64,000 nucleotides of DNA from Porphyridium purpureum (lineage: Eukaryota): the NCBI GenBank assembly GCA_008690995.1, contig VRMN01000011.1, positions 1-64,000 of the forward strand. The letters are read 5' to 3'. Below are positions 10,488 to 20,778 of this stretch, piece by piece. The number at the start of each line of letters is the position of its first letter. Position 1 is the first letter of the stretch. The notes beneath the pieces were generated by a model. It saw nothing but the letters and a program-made list of their open reading frames with translations. It was not told the DNA's origin and searched no databases. Made by a program: the position numbers and the translations under genes.

Positions 10488-13400
10488 TCAAAGCTGCTCG
10501 AATACAAATCGTCTGAACTCGGCGCTGCCGATAAAGCTGCTGCTGCGGTACATTCCCGCATTGAAAAGCGGTGAGCTGATGAGATGCCGGTGAATTGTTA
10601 TCAGTCGCTTTCGCATTTCATCACGCACGCTTCTGGGAGGCGGCGAATCCTCGCGAATCGCGGCATGCACAGAGGACGCCACGAGGTACGCCGCGCATTC
10701 CGCAATATCACGTACAACGCGAGCCTTTTCCCGCGAACACATGCTTGTCCGCTGGAGGTTTAACTCATGCACAGCATACAGCAATATGGCGACCAACAAG
10801 CCTATCGTTGGTGCACCAGACAAGCTCAATGAGTTTGTGTCAAAAAATGTGGATCCACCAGAGCGAGAAATCGCATTTCCCGCAGAGGTCATGGTGTCAC
10901 CAACACTGCCGACGCGTAGACGCCGCAGGGTAACCAGCGCGTTTCGCAGGCAACGAAGCGTACTCAGCGACAGGAATTCTCCGAATGATTGTTGCGGCTC
11001 GGAAAGCTCCTCATCGTCGTCAAGGCTGGCTTCCAGGTTGCCATCTCCGATACTCGATCCATTGTGACCAGTTGTGGGTGTTGACTTAGAGGCCAGCGAA
11101 GCCGGCGTCGGCGGCATGGCGGGTGACGGCGGAACAAGCGCACGTCTCAGCGCTGACTGTGGCGTCCTAAACTCGGAAGTTCTTTCCGACCGCACCAACA
11201 GCGTTTCACCAGCATTCCCCAAACGTGCATTTGCCGATACCCCAAACTTTGGCGCTACCACGGACGCCGGCAGCGGGCTTGCCTGCTGGGCAAAGCGGTT
11301 CGCGCTTGCGCCATCCCTGTATCCTGTACTCCTGGTCCCATCCGCAAAGTCTACATCCGACGCCGCCTCAAGCCCAGCTTCATCCTGCAATGCGCTTTGA
11401 ATTTCTAGAGCGGATACTGGGCGGACCCATCTTTCTAGCGGCTCCGCGCGCAGCAAGCGATACGTCTGGTACACCAAACCAACCATGCACGAGCCAATAC
11501 GATCAAAAACGCCTGCACTCTCCGTCAGATTGACATTGTTGGTCATGCGCCTTAACTTCGCGCCGGTCTCATTAGTACCAAAGCACGAAACAAGTGCCCA
11601 GCAAAACGCACTAGCGTGCTCCGCGTTTTGAATCTGAGCTAAGGTCAGCGCTCGCAGAGAGAACTGTGGCTGAAGAATAAACACGTCCGTGCAGTCGCAA
11701 AGCGTCGTACCCATACGAAAGCATGATTCTGCTACACCATGGGAGAGTCTATGTATGTTTCCTTCCCCCACACTCAACAAAGCATCTGTTGTAATGCGCA
11801 AGTACATCCACCAAATGTCCAGCCAAATACTTCGCTCCATAGTGTCGGCATCGTAAACACCGCCACCTTGTGCAAGCTTTGGAAACACTAGCACACAGTC
11901 GCCAGTTCTTGACAAAAAATCGAGTACCAGGTGCAGGCCTGCGCGTCGACCAACCGTGTTACTCTCAGCATCTCCAGCAAACAGACGTTCAAGACATCCG
12001 AGAGCGCTCAATAGCAATTTTCTGCTTTCATCTTCTTCATTACACGTAAACACCGTTTTGTCCGCCTTCGTCATGAGCCTGACAACGTGCAGCATCACAT
12101 CCGCAGTCAGCGCCACCGTCGCGGCCAAATTGCGCGTTCGGTCAGCTTCCTGCTTTTCTATTTCACTCTGAGCTTTCAAGTCAACCTCGCTACCGGAAAC
12201 GTGTCCAGAGTTGGTCCCAAGCAAAGAAAGAACAGATAAGATGTCTAATGCGCGCGCTCGAATAGCATCGTGCTGATCCATCTGGCCGCGATGTCCAACC
12301 ATTGAAACATTTTCGTCCATGTACCTGCCTTCAAGCTCATGTATGGTTGCAAATAAGGCAAGGGACACAGCGTGGCGTGCTTCAGTGTCAATAGCGCCAC
12401 GATTCACCAGGGCACCGATAAGCACGACCAGCTTCTCCAACGTAGATAATTCAGGCCGTCCCACGGCTGAGTCAATCGCGCCCACGCGGCGTCGCTCCGA
12501 CATCCAGCGACAAAGTTCGGTTGTCGTCCGGCTCGCTTGTCGGAGAGGCACCGAAAGCTGACTAGCAGACCGAGGAAAACGCGCATCAGCGCCGATGATG
12601 TTGTCATCAACATCACGACTACTCATCAAAAGTAAATGAGCTAGTTCAAGCCACTCATTGAGTGCATTAGAAGCGTGTACTATATGCTCGATACCGCCGG
12701 AAAACTCACTCACCAGATGGATGCAACGAAGTGCCATGATCCGTAGCCAAGCACTGGTTGGGGACGCACACTTTGTCGCGGCCGGGGCACCACTGTCCCC
12801 CAGCGAAAATGCAGGCACTTCTATGGCTAAACGGCTAGGAAGAGCCGGGCGAGGAGGGGAACAGTCAAGTCGAACCATTAAGCCTCGCTTCAAACCGCCT
12901 TCTTTCGGGTCAAAGCAGGCCATGGCCGTGACGAACACGCGGAACATCGTAGAGCATGAAGCGAAGGACTGCAAACGAATTCGAAAGAACATGGGACCGA
13001 GCATCAACGGAAGCGGCAAGCCATTCGTGCCCTCCCTCACTCCGCTGCCATGCTTCCTTTTCCCTTCCACAGTCATGAGACGGCGTATGTGAACAAGCGT
13101 GCGACGATCACAAAACAGAAATGGCCTACTTGCAAAGAAAGACTGCAGATCCGACTCGCCCGCTGCGAGATCAAGCGGAGCAGAGACTTCTGCACCAACA
13201 GTGTCGTTTCTGTCACTGCCCGAAAGAAAAATTTCGACAGTGCTTCGAAGCTGTGAGTCGGCTTCGAGGAGCCCTAGTACGCTACCGCCACGCTCAATGT
13301 CTTCGATCTCATCAACTAAGCCTCTCTGAAAGGCATCTTTCAGCTTGAGTTCCGAGGCCAGCGATTCGGCGAGGAAATCAAGTAAATGGCGCCAAGATCC

Positions 13401-16400
13401 CGCCGCGGAAGGTTCACTAGCTTCCAACCACTTGCAAATGCGGCGCCACGCACTCCTCGCGTCCGAAGCATTAGGCTCCTGAGTTGATGAAGTCAGAGCT
13501 TCTGAAGAATTCACATAGAAACTACCAGCAGCCACGCAATCGCAAAGCAAGAACATGACATCATGCGCAAGCTCGGCGACGAGAAGCGCAGGCTCGTTCA
13601 AGTCCAAGGAATCTGCGTGTAAAGTGGCAGGAGAAGATGAACCAGCAACGTGGCACGCGAACGAACTCAGTATCTCCAAGGCGCGTGCTAGCAAAGCACG
13701 CACACCGCATGCATCCCACAAGCCGGACAGCCAAATGGGACCGAGGCGGTCCCATACGCTGCGGACCAAGGTCATGATGCCTCCTAATTCCGCTAGCAAC
13801 CGAGCTACGCGCCTGTGGGCCCGCACTAGCTCTTCTTGATTCATCGTTTCAAAAGCACTCACGATGACGTTAGCCCGCACAAATACGGCCTTGAGAATCG
13901 AGCCGTCGTACATCTCTTCTACTTTTAAGCCGTGCTGGGGTTCCACATGCGTCCCCATCACCTGAAGAAGCTTGGGATGGATGAGCGCACGCATAATCGC
14001 ACTCTGATCTGTGGCCACAGACGCATCCAAGAACTCCAACAAGGGTGCCGACTCGCACCTCTCTGAATCATTTTCTAAGACCAATATAAGCCCTCTTGTC
14101 ATTTGTTCCATCATGAAGTCTTCCTGCGAATGCGGAGAGATCGAAATAAGCATCATCGAGTTCACGCTATCGCCAACACCATACGAACTTTGGCCAGGAC
14201 CGATCGCAATTTCACTCCCAAAGGCAAAAATTTTGCAAAGCAAGGTTAAGCATTCGGCACTCGCACTTCGCAGGAACTGCAAATCATCATGCTCAGCTCC
14301 CGCAGCATGCTGTGTTTTCACGGCCAGAAAGCCACGCCCGAGGCCTGCGCACATCTGAGCCAGCACGGGGCAGACCACAGAGCTTTGCTGCAAGTACGAC
14401 AGAGCGACATTCGCACGTTGCTGAGATATGGTGCCAAAGACAAGCCCCGTATAAATCCATCTCAAGGCGTTTCGCCAGAACCGTAGCAGGGCAAACAGGC
14501 AACCAACAAAGGACAACGATGGCAATGAAACCAGAATACCACCACCGGTGTGAAATGCGTGCAAAGTATGATGTAAGCACAATGCGAGCACGTGCGAGTG
14601 GTCTAAAACCGAACTGTAGCTTCGGAAGCCATCCAGTAGCTCGAATGCTACGTGCGGAACGTCCCATATATTCTGCGGTGGACTCTGCCCTGAAGAATGG
14701 AAACCAGTCGCAAAGGTGCCACGCAAGCCGTGCTGTTGCTGCTTAAAATGAAGATTGTCGAGCAATCGAAGCCACCATGGCAAAGCACTACCCAGAGTAA
14801 ATGTCAACGTACCTCGCACGATCGGATCCGCATGAGCACTTTCATTATCGGATTTGTTTGCAAAGGAATCGCGCACCATATCTTTGTACGAACGCACCAT
14901 GGATAGCAAGAGCGTGACTTGGTGTAGTGTGTTGTCTTTCCAACCTCGGGCGAGCAAGTCTGGCAATACGTGATCACGCCACGTTAAGTCGGAACCGAAA
15001 ATACGACGAAGAATACGCTCTTTCCGAAGGCGGCTGCCGAGGTCAAACAGTTTGTTCAACGCAGCAAACAGCTTTTCCAAGATGAGAGGTATACCCAGTG
15101 ATTCAGACTCGGATTCACGCACCGCCAGTGTACTAACGATTAGGCGAAGAATGAGCTCGTCGTCAACGTCACATACAAAGCCAGAAGTTGACTGTTGACT
15201 GGAGGCAATCTCGTGAGCCACACGCGCAACCAGGTCAAGCGACGCCACCACCCACGACGGATCAACGCTGGCATGGTTAAAGCCTGTCGCAATGAGTGAC
15301 GACACAACGTTATCCCACTCGTGAAGGATCGCGAGCACAATCATCCACCCATTCCACACACTATGCCAAATAATCAGGTCGACATCCCCAGCTGCGGCCG
15401 CCATACCCGCCGAGCCGCGCATGATCCACACGTCCTTCTCGTTTGCTGTTGCGCCCGGTACGATTCCGGTGCTAAAGACTCGATATGTTTGCTTTAACAG
15501 CACGCGCTGCTGAACTTCTGATTCACACAGCCCTCCCAACAAATTCACCGCCTCTCTGAAGTTAATGTCGGACTCCATGGCGCCTGCAAAGGCCGGCTCA
15601 TCCTCAGGCACGGCGGAATCAAGAAAGATATCTGGCGGACTTGGTGCCACTGTGGTGAGCGTCGTCAGACCGGTGCGAAGAAGTTCCTGCGCGACTTGAG
15701 CAGTCAAGGAATCCGCCGCAATGCCTGCAAGCAACTTGAGTAAAGGCAAAGCGTTGTGCGGAAATACAAGAATACCATACCGCAGAAGAGCATTGAGCCC
15801 ACGCATTCGCATGCTGAGACGCGTCTCCCTGCTCCACATCAGCTGACACGCCGCTGCGTCCACCTTCATGACCTGACCCACGACTGAGCAGAAAACGGGC
15901 AACCGAACGAGTCGTGCGCCTCGAAACAGGTCTAGCAGCGGGTGCGTGTCTGCAAACAAGCACACCAAACCTGCAAATGCCGCACACACCTCACGCGAAC
16001 AAGAAACCGCAAGGAAGAGCCCACCCAACTGCGACAGGTGATTTAGACTCCTATCCAGCCACTCGAAGACATTGCACTCGTCAATGGCGATTTCCAGATA
16101 TCTTTGCGCACGGCTGATGGTATCTTTTGTACCAGCAGGCAGCACTATGGCGCAAGCTCTCAGATAAGATGCCCACGCGAGCAAAAGTGAACCAAACAGG
16201 CCGCTTTTTTGCGGGCCGCTTTCTTGCTCGTGCTCATCCAGCAAAGAGTTGATTTGCGCAATGTGCTCTTCCTCAAAGACGCTGAGCCGTAACTGCTGCT
16301 GCATCTCCGGCGTCAGAAGAGTAGAGTCGCTTGAGATGGTGCTTTGATCTGGTTCCTCCGTCAGATCGGACCGTGATGCCAAATCCGCGGCGCTCACCAA

Positions 16401-17333
16401 TTGGTCGAGATTCATGGCGTTGATCAGACATGCGGCCACCACCAGATCAAAAACAAGACCAAATGCACTGCCATCTGGTTCTGCCGACGAGTGCATGGCA
16501 GTCTGGTCGTACGTAAGCGCTGCACGCATAAATGAGACCAGGTCATTTCCTGAACATTCGCTGCTGCGCAATAGCTCGACAGCAAATTCAAAGAGAAACT
16601 GAGCGACACCGGTACGGGAAAGTCCACCGGGTCCAGCTGAACGCACCTCTGCAGCGGATTTTGACCACGAAACTGAGCGCAGCGCCTCCGAAGCGTCGGT
16701 TGCGATACGTTCATTTTTGGACAGAAACTGGCGACACGCGACAACCGCGGCACTGTTCGTTGACTCTTCCCTGGCCGTTGTGCAGATGAGTGCCAAGCAC
16801 TTGAATCCGAAAATAGTGTCCAGCTCTTGCCACTCGGCCAGCTTAAACATGGGCGCCAGCGCCGCCAATTCGTTCGTGTCCAAATGGTCGACCGTCTGAC
16901 GAAGGTGTCGATGGACCTTCCCGCGCAGCAAATCGAGCTGCGGGGCGTACGCGAAAGCTAAGAAATCAAACAGCAAGGTGGTTGCTTCCTGATATTTCAA
17001 GTTGAACGCGTTCGTAATCTCAACGACGTAAGCATGGACGCCAGGCGCCAGCGACTTTTGCTGATTCTGCTCCGGTGAGCCTCTTGATTCTCGGAAGTAG
17101 ATTCGAGCGGGAGGAGACTCACGGGCATGCTGATCTACATGATTCGATAGTGCGAGCACACTTTTCGCGACTAGATTACGCAACGCCAGCGTGTGATCCG
17201 CGAACAACTCGTCTAGTCGCTTTCCGCGCTCCGCATCTTCATCTTGATCCGCGCAAGCCACGACCCATTGCTGGATTTGCGCGTACAGTTCCGTGAAGCA
17301 TAACGGCGCTGGCTGTGGACTTGATGCGACCAT
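10488..17333 (-). CDS. Large alpha-solenoid protein, probably nucleoporin Nup188 (Nup188/Nup205 family)
   Basis: About 2280 aa, intronless and helical; LLLAWASY, AIDECNVFEWL and VFPHNALPLLKLLAGI resemble the Nup188 N-terminal region; first ATG at 17333. Confidence 0.5.
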   Translation of the reverse strand: MVASSPQPAPLCFTELYAQIQQWVVACADQDEDAERGKRLDELFADHTLALRNLVAKSVLALSNHVDQHARESPPARIYFRESRGSPEQNQQKSLAPGVHAYVVEITNAFNLKYQEATTLLFDFLAFAYAPQLDLLRGKVHRHLRQTVDHLDTNELAALAPMFKLAEWQELDTIFGFKCLALICTTAREESTNSAAVVACRQFLSKNERIATDASEALRSVSWSKSAAEVRSAGPGGLSRTGVAQFLFEFAVELLRSSECSGNDLVSFMRAALTYDQTAMHSSAEPDGSAFGLVFDLVVAACLINAMNLDQLVSAADLASRSDLTEEPDQSTISSDSTLLTPEMQQQLRLSVFEEEHIAQINSLLDEHEQESGPQKSGLFGSLLLAWASYLRACAIVLPAGTKDTISRAQRYLEIAIDECNVFEWLDRSLNHLSQLGGLFLAVSCSREVCAAFAGLVCLFADTHPLLDLFRGARLVRLPVFCSVVGQVMKVDAAACQLMWSRETRLSMRMRGLNALLRYGILVFPHNALPLLKLLAGIAADSLTAQVAQELLRTGLTTLTTVAPSPPDIFLDSAVPEDEPAFAGAMESDINFREAVNLLGGLCESEVQQRVLLKQTYRVFSTGIVPGATANEKDVWIMRGSAGMAAAAGDVDLIIWHSVWNGWMIVLAILHEWDNVVSSLIATGFNHASVDPSWVVASLDLVARVAHEIASSQQSTSGFVCDVDDELILRLIVSTLAVRESESESLGIPLILEKLFAALNKLFDLGSRLRKERILRRIFGSDLTWRDHVLPDLLARGWKDNTLHQVTLLLSMVRSYKDMVRDSFANKSDNESAHADPIVRGTLTFTLGSALPWWLRLLDNLHFKQQQHGLRGTFATGFHSSGQSPPQNIWDVPHVAFELLDGFRSYSSVLDHSHVLALCLHHTLHAFHTGGGILVSLPSLSFVGCLFALLRFWRNALRWIYTGLVFGTISQQRANVALSYLQQSSVVCPVLAQMCAGLGRGFLAVKTQHAAGAEHDDLQFLRSASAECLTLLCKIFAFGSEIAIGPGQSSYGVGDSVNSMMLISISPHSQEDFMMEQMTRGLILVLENDSERCESAPLLEFLDASVATDQSAIMRALIHPKLLQVMGTHVEPQHGLKVEEMYDGSILKAVFVRANVIVSAFETMNQEELVRAHRRVARLLAELGGIMTLVRSVWDRLGPIWLSGLWDACGVRALLARALEILSSFACHVAGSSSPATLHADSLDLNEPALLVAELAHDVMFLLCDCVAAGSFYVNSSEALTSSTQEPNASDARSAWRRICKWLEASEPSAAGSWRHLLDFLAESLASELKLKDAFQRGLVDEIEDIERGGSVLGLLEADSQLRSTVEIFLSGSDRNDTVGAEVSAPLDLAAGESDLQSFFASRPFLFCDRRTLVHIRRLMTVEGKRKHGSGVREGTNGLPLPLMLGPMFFRIRLQSFASCSTMFRVFVTAMACFDPKEGGLKRGLMVRLDCSPPRPALPSRLAIEVPAFSLGDSGAPAATKCASPTSAWLRIMALRCIHLVSEFSGGIEHIVHASNALNEWLELAHLLLMSSRDVDDNIIGADARFPRSASQLSVPLRQASRTTTELCRWMSERRRVGAIDSAVGRPELSTLEKLVVLIGALVNRGAIDTEARHAVSLALFATIHELEGRYMDENVSMVGHRGQMDQHDAIRARALDILSVLSLLGTNSGHVSGSEVDLKAQSEIEKQEADRTRNLAATVALTADVMLHVVRLMTKADKTVFTCNEEDESRKLLLSALGCLERLFAGDAESNTVGRRAGLHLVLDFLSRTGDCVLVFPKLAQGGGVYDADTMERSIWLDIWWMYLRITTDALLSVGEGNIHRLSHGVAESCFRMGTTLCDCTDVFILQPQFSLRALTLAQIQNAEHASAFCWALVSCFGTNETGAKLRRMTNNVNLTESAGVFDRIGSCMVGLVYQTYRLLRAEPLERWVRPVSALEIQSALQDEAGLEAASDVDFADGTRSTGYRDGASANRFAQQASPLPASVVAPKFGVSANARLGNAGETLLVRSERTSEFRTPQSALRRALVPPSPAMPPTPASLASKSTPTTGHNGSSIGDGNLEASLDDDEELSEPQQSFGEFLSLSTLRCLRNALVTLRRLRVGSVGDTMTSAGNAISRSGGSTFFDTNSLSLSGAPTIGLLVAILLYAVHELNLQRTSMCSREKARVVRDIAECAAYLVASSVHAAIREDSPPPRSVRDEMRKRLITIHRHLISSPLFNAGMYRSSSFIGSAEFRRFVFEQL

Positions 17334-17502
17334 CTTACCCCGTTCATCAACCTTGTGCTCCGCCCCGGTCTTGTTCCTCTCCTCCTGCTCCCAATTGTGT
17401 CTCAACTCGAGAACCTGTGGCGCATTCACGGGGAGAGGCCAAGTCGAAGCTAGAGAAAGAGAGACGGGGAGAGAGGGAAAGAGAGTGCGCGAGGACGCAG
17501 GA

Positions 17503-18921
17503 ATGATGGCAGCGAAAGCGCCGCGTGATGGAGATGCACTGGTCGGATTTTACGCACGAAAGATGATGGAACAAGCTTTGCAGGGCATGAGCCTGACAGA
17601 GGAATTCGCAAAGGTGCATGCGCGCATGGACGCGCTGGAGAGATTGTGCGCTCAGCAGCTCGTTCTGTTGGAGCAGTTTGTGCATGGGCAGGGCCAGAAG
17701 GCAGAGACTAGAACAGGGCGCGCGCTGGATGTTCAGGAAAAATGGCGTCAGGTAGATGGTAAATGGCTCGCAAAGTGTGGAATGAACGATCGCGTCCACC
17801 AGGCAGGGAATATGACGAACGCGAACGAGACAGAGGCCTTATGTGCGGTGCCAGAGGCCAGTTTGGTGGCGTCCGCTCGGACTCCAACAGGGAATTCACT
17901 GCGAGCGAGCAAGGAAGCACGAAACGAAAACTTGGTAGAAGAGCCCAAATCATCCGTTCGACCTGCAGCTCATCCGGACCGCGCGGCTGCTCCAATGTCG
18001 TTTGCAAGAGGTGCCGTGCGGGTACCGATGGATGAATTGGATGGTCATCCGGTTCGGCAAAAGTTGGAGTTTGACGGGATTGCTCGCTTGAATACCGGAT
18101 GTCCTGGAGACGATGCGATGCGGAACCGCGTGGCGGGCTGCACAACGATCGCCGCGGATGAGACGGTCATGCATGTGGACGCTCCGGCAGAATCGCCGTT
18201 GAGACTGACACCGGCAGACAGGCGGCCAGCAGTCAATCGAGATGAGCTTTTGTATACACAAAATTCCGACTGCTCAACAGAAGAACCGCCACCGTCCCTG
18301 CATCCCGAAGAGCAGCATGTGACAGGTGCGCCGGCAGTGGCGGCGCCAGCTGGACCCTTGCCAAGTAGAGATAGCGGGACCGGAACACATGGGTCTGCAG
18401 ATAAGCAGGCGGTCTTGCAGAGACCCAAGACTCCCACACTGCGGGAGCGTATTCGGATGAATGCGGCACCGCCCAAGCCGAGCTCGCGGGGAGAGACACA
18501 AGACGTCGAAGGATTCGACGGCGCTCCCTCAGCGCTGACGGGAGAGGCCGGCCTATCCACTGCGGCACCTGGAGCGGAGCCCATCTTCACGGGCCCGCGT
18601 AAAGCGGGCTACCGAGCCTCTCGAAGCCCTAATGCACGTACAGCAGCTGCAGACGGCGTGCGGCGCCTTGTCGGTGTACGCAAGGTGAACGTGCCCAAGC
18701 GCGGCAAGGAGGCGCGCGCCCAGCAGATTGGGGCGACATGCGACGAATGCCGGTACACGTACATTGCGCTTGCGCACGGCGACGTCAACAAGGCCGAGCG
18801 GATGATGCAGTCCTGCTCGCGGCATCGACACGACTACCTTCCGCCTCTCACGCCGCCACACTGGGCCGAAAACTCATTCCCAGAAACGCTCACTCAGCCT
18901 CCGCCTGGCACTCAAGACTAA
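17503..18921 (+). CDS. CtIP: CtIP/Sae2/COM1 DNA end-resection factor
   Basis: C-terminal SAE2 domain: KRGKEARAQQIGATCDEC...CSRHRHDYLPPLTPPHWAENSFP (CxxC, RHR, TP); N-terminal helical segment; disordered middle. Confidence 0.85.
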   Translation: MMAAKAPRDGDALVGFYARKMMEQALQGMSLTEEFAKVHARMDALERLCAQQLVLLEQFVHGQGQKAETRTGRALDVQEKWRQVDGKWLAKCGMNDRVHQAGNMTNANETEALCAVPEASLVASARTPTGNSLRASKEARNENLVEEPKSSVRPAAHPDRAAAPMSFARGAVRVPMDELDGHPVRQKLEFDGIARLNTGCPGDDAMRNRVAGCTTIAADETVMHVDAPAESPLRLTPADRRPAVNRDELLYTQNSDCSTEEPPPSLHPEEQHVTGAPAVAAPAGPLPSRDSGTGTHGSADKQAVLQRPKTPTLRERIRMNAAPPKPSSRGETQDVEGFDGAPSALTGEAGLSTAAPGAEPIFTGPRKAGYRASRSPNARTAAADGVRRLVGVRKVNVPKRGKEARAQQIGATCDECRYTYIALAHGDVNKAERMMQSCSRHRHDYLPPLTPPHWAENSFPETLTQPPPGTQD

Positions 18922-19279
18922 TTATACGCACGACGGCGACCCACCGCCGTTCATTCCGTTCTGTTCTGGAACTGTCGCTCCACCGATGAGAACCCGCCAA
19001 GCTCGAAAGCCTGGGTGGCACACGCATGAATACTAAACACACAGGATTTTCCCACGAGGCACTCCTCCTTTACCAAAGATAGCCGCATTCAGCACGCTCT
19101 GCGCGGAGCTTCATGCGCCAGTTGGCACAGGTGCCGACGCACCATTTCGTCCGGGGCCATTGTTGTGACTGCTGCGTGAGTGTGCCCGTGCTCAACCCTT
19201 GCATCCCACATTCCCGCCCCACCATTTATCGGTTTCAACTGAACCGCACAGCCGTGAACCGTTTCGCCGCGGCGACGCA

Positions 19280-19586
19280 TGTTAAGATGTGTGGAGCATG
19301 GCGGTTAACGGTTAGTGGTTAGCTTTTAGTCGTTAAGCCGTTAAGCTGATCACTGATAAGGGACGTGACTTGAGAAGGGAAACTCTCGGCTGCGGTTGTT
19401 GGCCGGCGGTAGGTGCGTAGGAGAATGGGTCCGTTGGCTTATAAGTCGCGCGCGAAGCTCGGTGCTGAGCGCGAGCGCGGTGGGCTTCGGTAGGGAGTGC
19501 GAGTTGGAAAAGTTATACGTTTAGAACTTGATAAACTTGGTCGTTGGATTGGAGGTTGTCCATCAGCGGAGCGAGGTTTCCGAACA
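19280..19586 (+). repeat. 5' LTR
   Basis: Direct repeat of 24770-25076; one mismatch seen (T19414 vs A24904); TG...CA ends; TTATAA at 19439-19444. Confidence 0.97.
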
Positions 19587-19599
19587 TAAACGTATTACC

Positions 19600-20778
19600 A
19601 TGTCAACGAGAGGCGGTGCAGCGGGAGGAGCCAGGGGAGCGGCGGCGCGAGGAGGATCGCGTGGACGCGGAAAAGGGCACCACCTGACCACCGCTCGGGA
19701 GAAGGGGGCGATGGCGGAACTGCCGTTGTTAAAGTACACGGCGCGCGGATCCACCCCCGCCTACACTGTGGTCGCTTGGTTCAAAGAGTTAGGGAACTAC
19801 GTCAGGCTCCACTTTGGAGAAGTTGGACGTATCTTCGATCTGAGCGAGCATGGAATGGAATACCCAACAGCAAATCCTCCATCTGCAGAGGCATTCGCAG
19901 CGGCAGAATTGTCGGGCCTCCCTCAAGATGTCGCAGCTCTCGTCAAGGCCGAGAACGTGCGCATAGTCATGCAGAGCTACCATAAGAAAGTCCGGGAGCT
20001 CGAAGAGGCCAAACCGAAGGTGTTTGCCGTGATCGTGGGGCAGCTGAGTGAAGCGTCTGTAGACGCACTGAAGCGCATGGGCTCATTCGATGAGCTGGCA
20101 GCTTCTGCCAACGATCCCCTGGAGCTCGCCAAGCAGGTGCTTGCAGTGCACATGACGCTCGGATCTGACAGCGCTGTTCAGAATCAGCTGTATGCGGCGG
20201 AAATGTTCCACAAGCTGGCAATGGAACCGGGTGAGTCGCTCGTGCATTTTCGAGCCAGGTTCGACGCGACAGTGCGAGCCATGGATGCCGTTGGCGAGCA
20301 CACAGGAGACGCGAAGAGGCTGGCTGCCGACTTCGCGCGCAAGCTCGAGATTTCGGGAGCGCACAGAAACACCATAGTGCACCTGCAAAACACGGGCGCG
20401 GTACTGGACACAGTGAATGAGATTGTGCGAGCAGTTTCAAACTATAAAGTCGTTCCAGTTGGAGCGGTCCCACGGGTCGGTACAACTTTTGTGGCAGGAC
20501 GTGAAGACGACGAAAGCAACGATGAGGATGAACCTCATTCCGGCAGCAAACCCGTGAAGCGCAAGGTGGATGTGAGCCGGGTGCGCTGCTACAATTGCCA
20601 GAGGATGGGCCACTTCAAATCGGACTGCACTGAACCAAACGTGGTGGTCACTCTTCGCCAGGAAGTTGAAGAGATGAAGAAAGCCCTGAGGGCAAAGAAG
20701 AAAGAGCGCAGCACTACGATGGTGGCCGTAGACGACGATGAGGCGACAGGTGGAAGTGAGTCGGGGAGCGACATTTGA
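19600..20778 (+). CDS. gag: Gag (RGG-rich N-terminus, capsid region, CCHC zinc knuckle)
   Basis: ATG 13 nt after the LTR end; CYNCQRMGHFKSDC knuckle; ends in TGA. Confidence 0.92.
   Translation: MSTRGGAAGGARGAAARGGSRGRGKGHHLTTAREKGAMAELPLLKYTARGSTPAYTVVAWFKELGNYVRLHFGEVGRIFDLSEHGMEYPTANPPSAEAFAAAELSGLPQDVAALVKAENVRIVMQSYHKKVRELEEAKPKVFAVIVGQLSEASVDALKRMGSFDELAASANDPLELAKQVLAVHMTLGSDSAVQNQLYAAEMFHKLAMEPGESLVHFRARFDATVRAMDAVGEHTGDAKRLAADFARKLEISGAHRNTIVHLQNTGAVLDTVNEIVRAVSNYKVVPVGAVPRVGTTFVAGREDDESNDEDEPHSGSKPVKRKVDVSRVRCYNCQRMGHFKSDCTEPNVVVTLRQEVEEMKKALRAKKKERSTTMVAVDDDEATGGSESGSDI

Noticed and set aside
19528..19599. gag ORF start at a TTG inside the LTR
   Set aside because: Artefact of alternative-start ORF calling; ATG 19600 has a good ACCATG context
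19587..19605. Canonical tRNA-iMet primer-binding site
   Set aside because: No TGG start and no resemblance to the TGGTATCAGAGC or half-tRNA GGTTATG types; other tRNA fragments could not be excluded without a search
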